Part shown: positions 52,211 through 53,187 of the stretch, piece by piece
Layout: each line of letters begins with the position of its first letter
How positions within the stretch are numbered: the first letter of the stretch is position 1
Assembly: GCA_001938485.1 (NCBI GenBank)
Contig: MQRK01216559.1
Coordinates: forward strand, 1-53,187
Direction of reading: 5' to 3'
DNA: 53,187 nt
Source of the DNA: Girardia tigrina
Lineage: Eukaryota
Notes under the pieces: model-generated
Database searches by the model: none
Seen by the model: only the letters and a program-made list of their open reading frames with translations
Told to the model about the DNA's origin: nothing
Position numbers and translations under genes: made by a program

Positions 52211-52944
52211 CACAAATTATAATTCAAATATTTTAATTTATTCTTATTAATAATCAGTTAAAAAACAAAAGTAATTAAGAACATAATTTAAATTTTTCGG
52301 GGGATTTTCTGAAATTTGCAAAATATTGATTATTTTGGATAGTTCACATTTTAAACTGAAACATTCAAATTTATTCTTGGTAAAAGTTAGTTAAAAACTG
52401 AAGTTATTAGAATTATAATTTAACTATTTCGGGGGGAGTGGGATTTTTTTAATTTGCAAAATATTAATTAATTTGGAAGTTTCACAAATTAAAACTTATG
52501 GATTTTAACTTATTCTATTAATTACTAGAAAGTTTATAAGCGGTAAACCGCCCGTGGAAAAAAAACTTTAAAAAATTTAGTAATTTTTAAAAAGTGTTTT
52601 ATACTTCAACTGAAAGTTTGCAAAAAAAGTCTCTCAATTACTTTTAGATTTTTATTTAATAAGTAATAATTTATAATTGTTATCAAAAATTTGTAACCTA
52701 AACATTATTACTGTGAGGAATATTTTAAATTTAGTATGTTGAAATTGCCATGTTGAATTTTGTATGTTGGAAATGTGAAACAAGTTAATAAAAAGTCTAG
52801 TGACAATTTAAGCGCAATTTCCTTATGTTATTCGGTGCCCAAATATTAAAACGTTTATATCAGTATTTGACTATGATTAATTTTTTGTGACCGNNNNNNN
52901 NNNNNNNNNNNNNNNNNNNNNNNNNNNNNNNNNNNNNNNNNNNT

Positions 52945-53187
52945 TCTTCGGCAATATTGTTCTAAATTATTGCAGGAATCGATTGGTAAATGTTTCAAGT
53001 CGCTAAGTGGTCTGGTTGCCGAGATATAGGCCAAAAACTGCATTTTTTTCGAGGTTTTTTGGATTTTGCGGGAAATCCAGGAAGGAATTCCGGGAATTTT
53101 TTTGGCCCATAATCATCCTCCGAACTTGCTTAACATATTTGCTTTTGGAACTAGCCCTCGATATTGCTTCGTTGAGGAGGAGATACG
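52945..53187. repeat. Probable interspersed repeat of unknown class (runs off window end)
   Basis: Abrupt rise in GC next to an N gap, no ORF, and motifs such as CCGAGATATAGGCCAAAA typical of non-autonomous elements. Confidence 0.3.

Overview
AT-rich animal genomic DNA with many short (~45-60 nt) GT-AG introns and several assembly gaps. A triclad-planarian-like host is an inference from base composition, intron size and transposon repertoire. Two spliced host genes lie on the + strand. The first is the 3' part of a spectraplakin (MACF1/dystonin/Shot family; spectrin repeats, EF-hands, GAS2/GAR domain, Ser/Arg-rich tail), with exons from 2277 to a stop at 26041. The second is a complete 12-exon transportin-1 (38280-46736, 881 aa by exon summation). 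Large introns and intergenic DNA carry many transposons: pogo, mariner/Tc1, hAT MITEs with 8-bp TSDs, MULEs, Chapaev-like, Penelope-like and Ty3/gypsy relics. Between the genes is a decayed ~4.6-kb restriction-like-endonuclease non-LTR retrotransposon (NeSL/R5-like) encoding a Ulp1/C48 protease domain plus an apparent second, catalytically dead copy. The best leads are this tandem protease/pseudo-protease module, a candidate frame-coupled microexon pair after the GAR domain, and an SxIP motif created only by splicing of the last spectraplakin intron. All calls were made by eye, without database searches.
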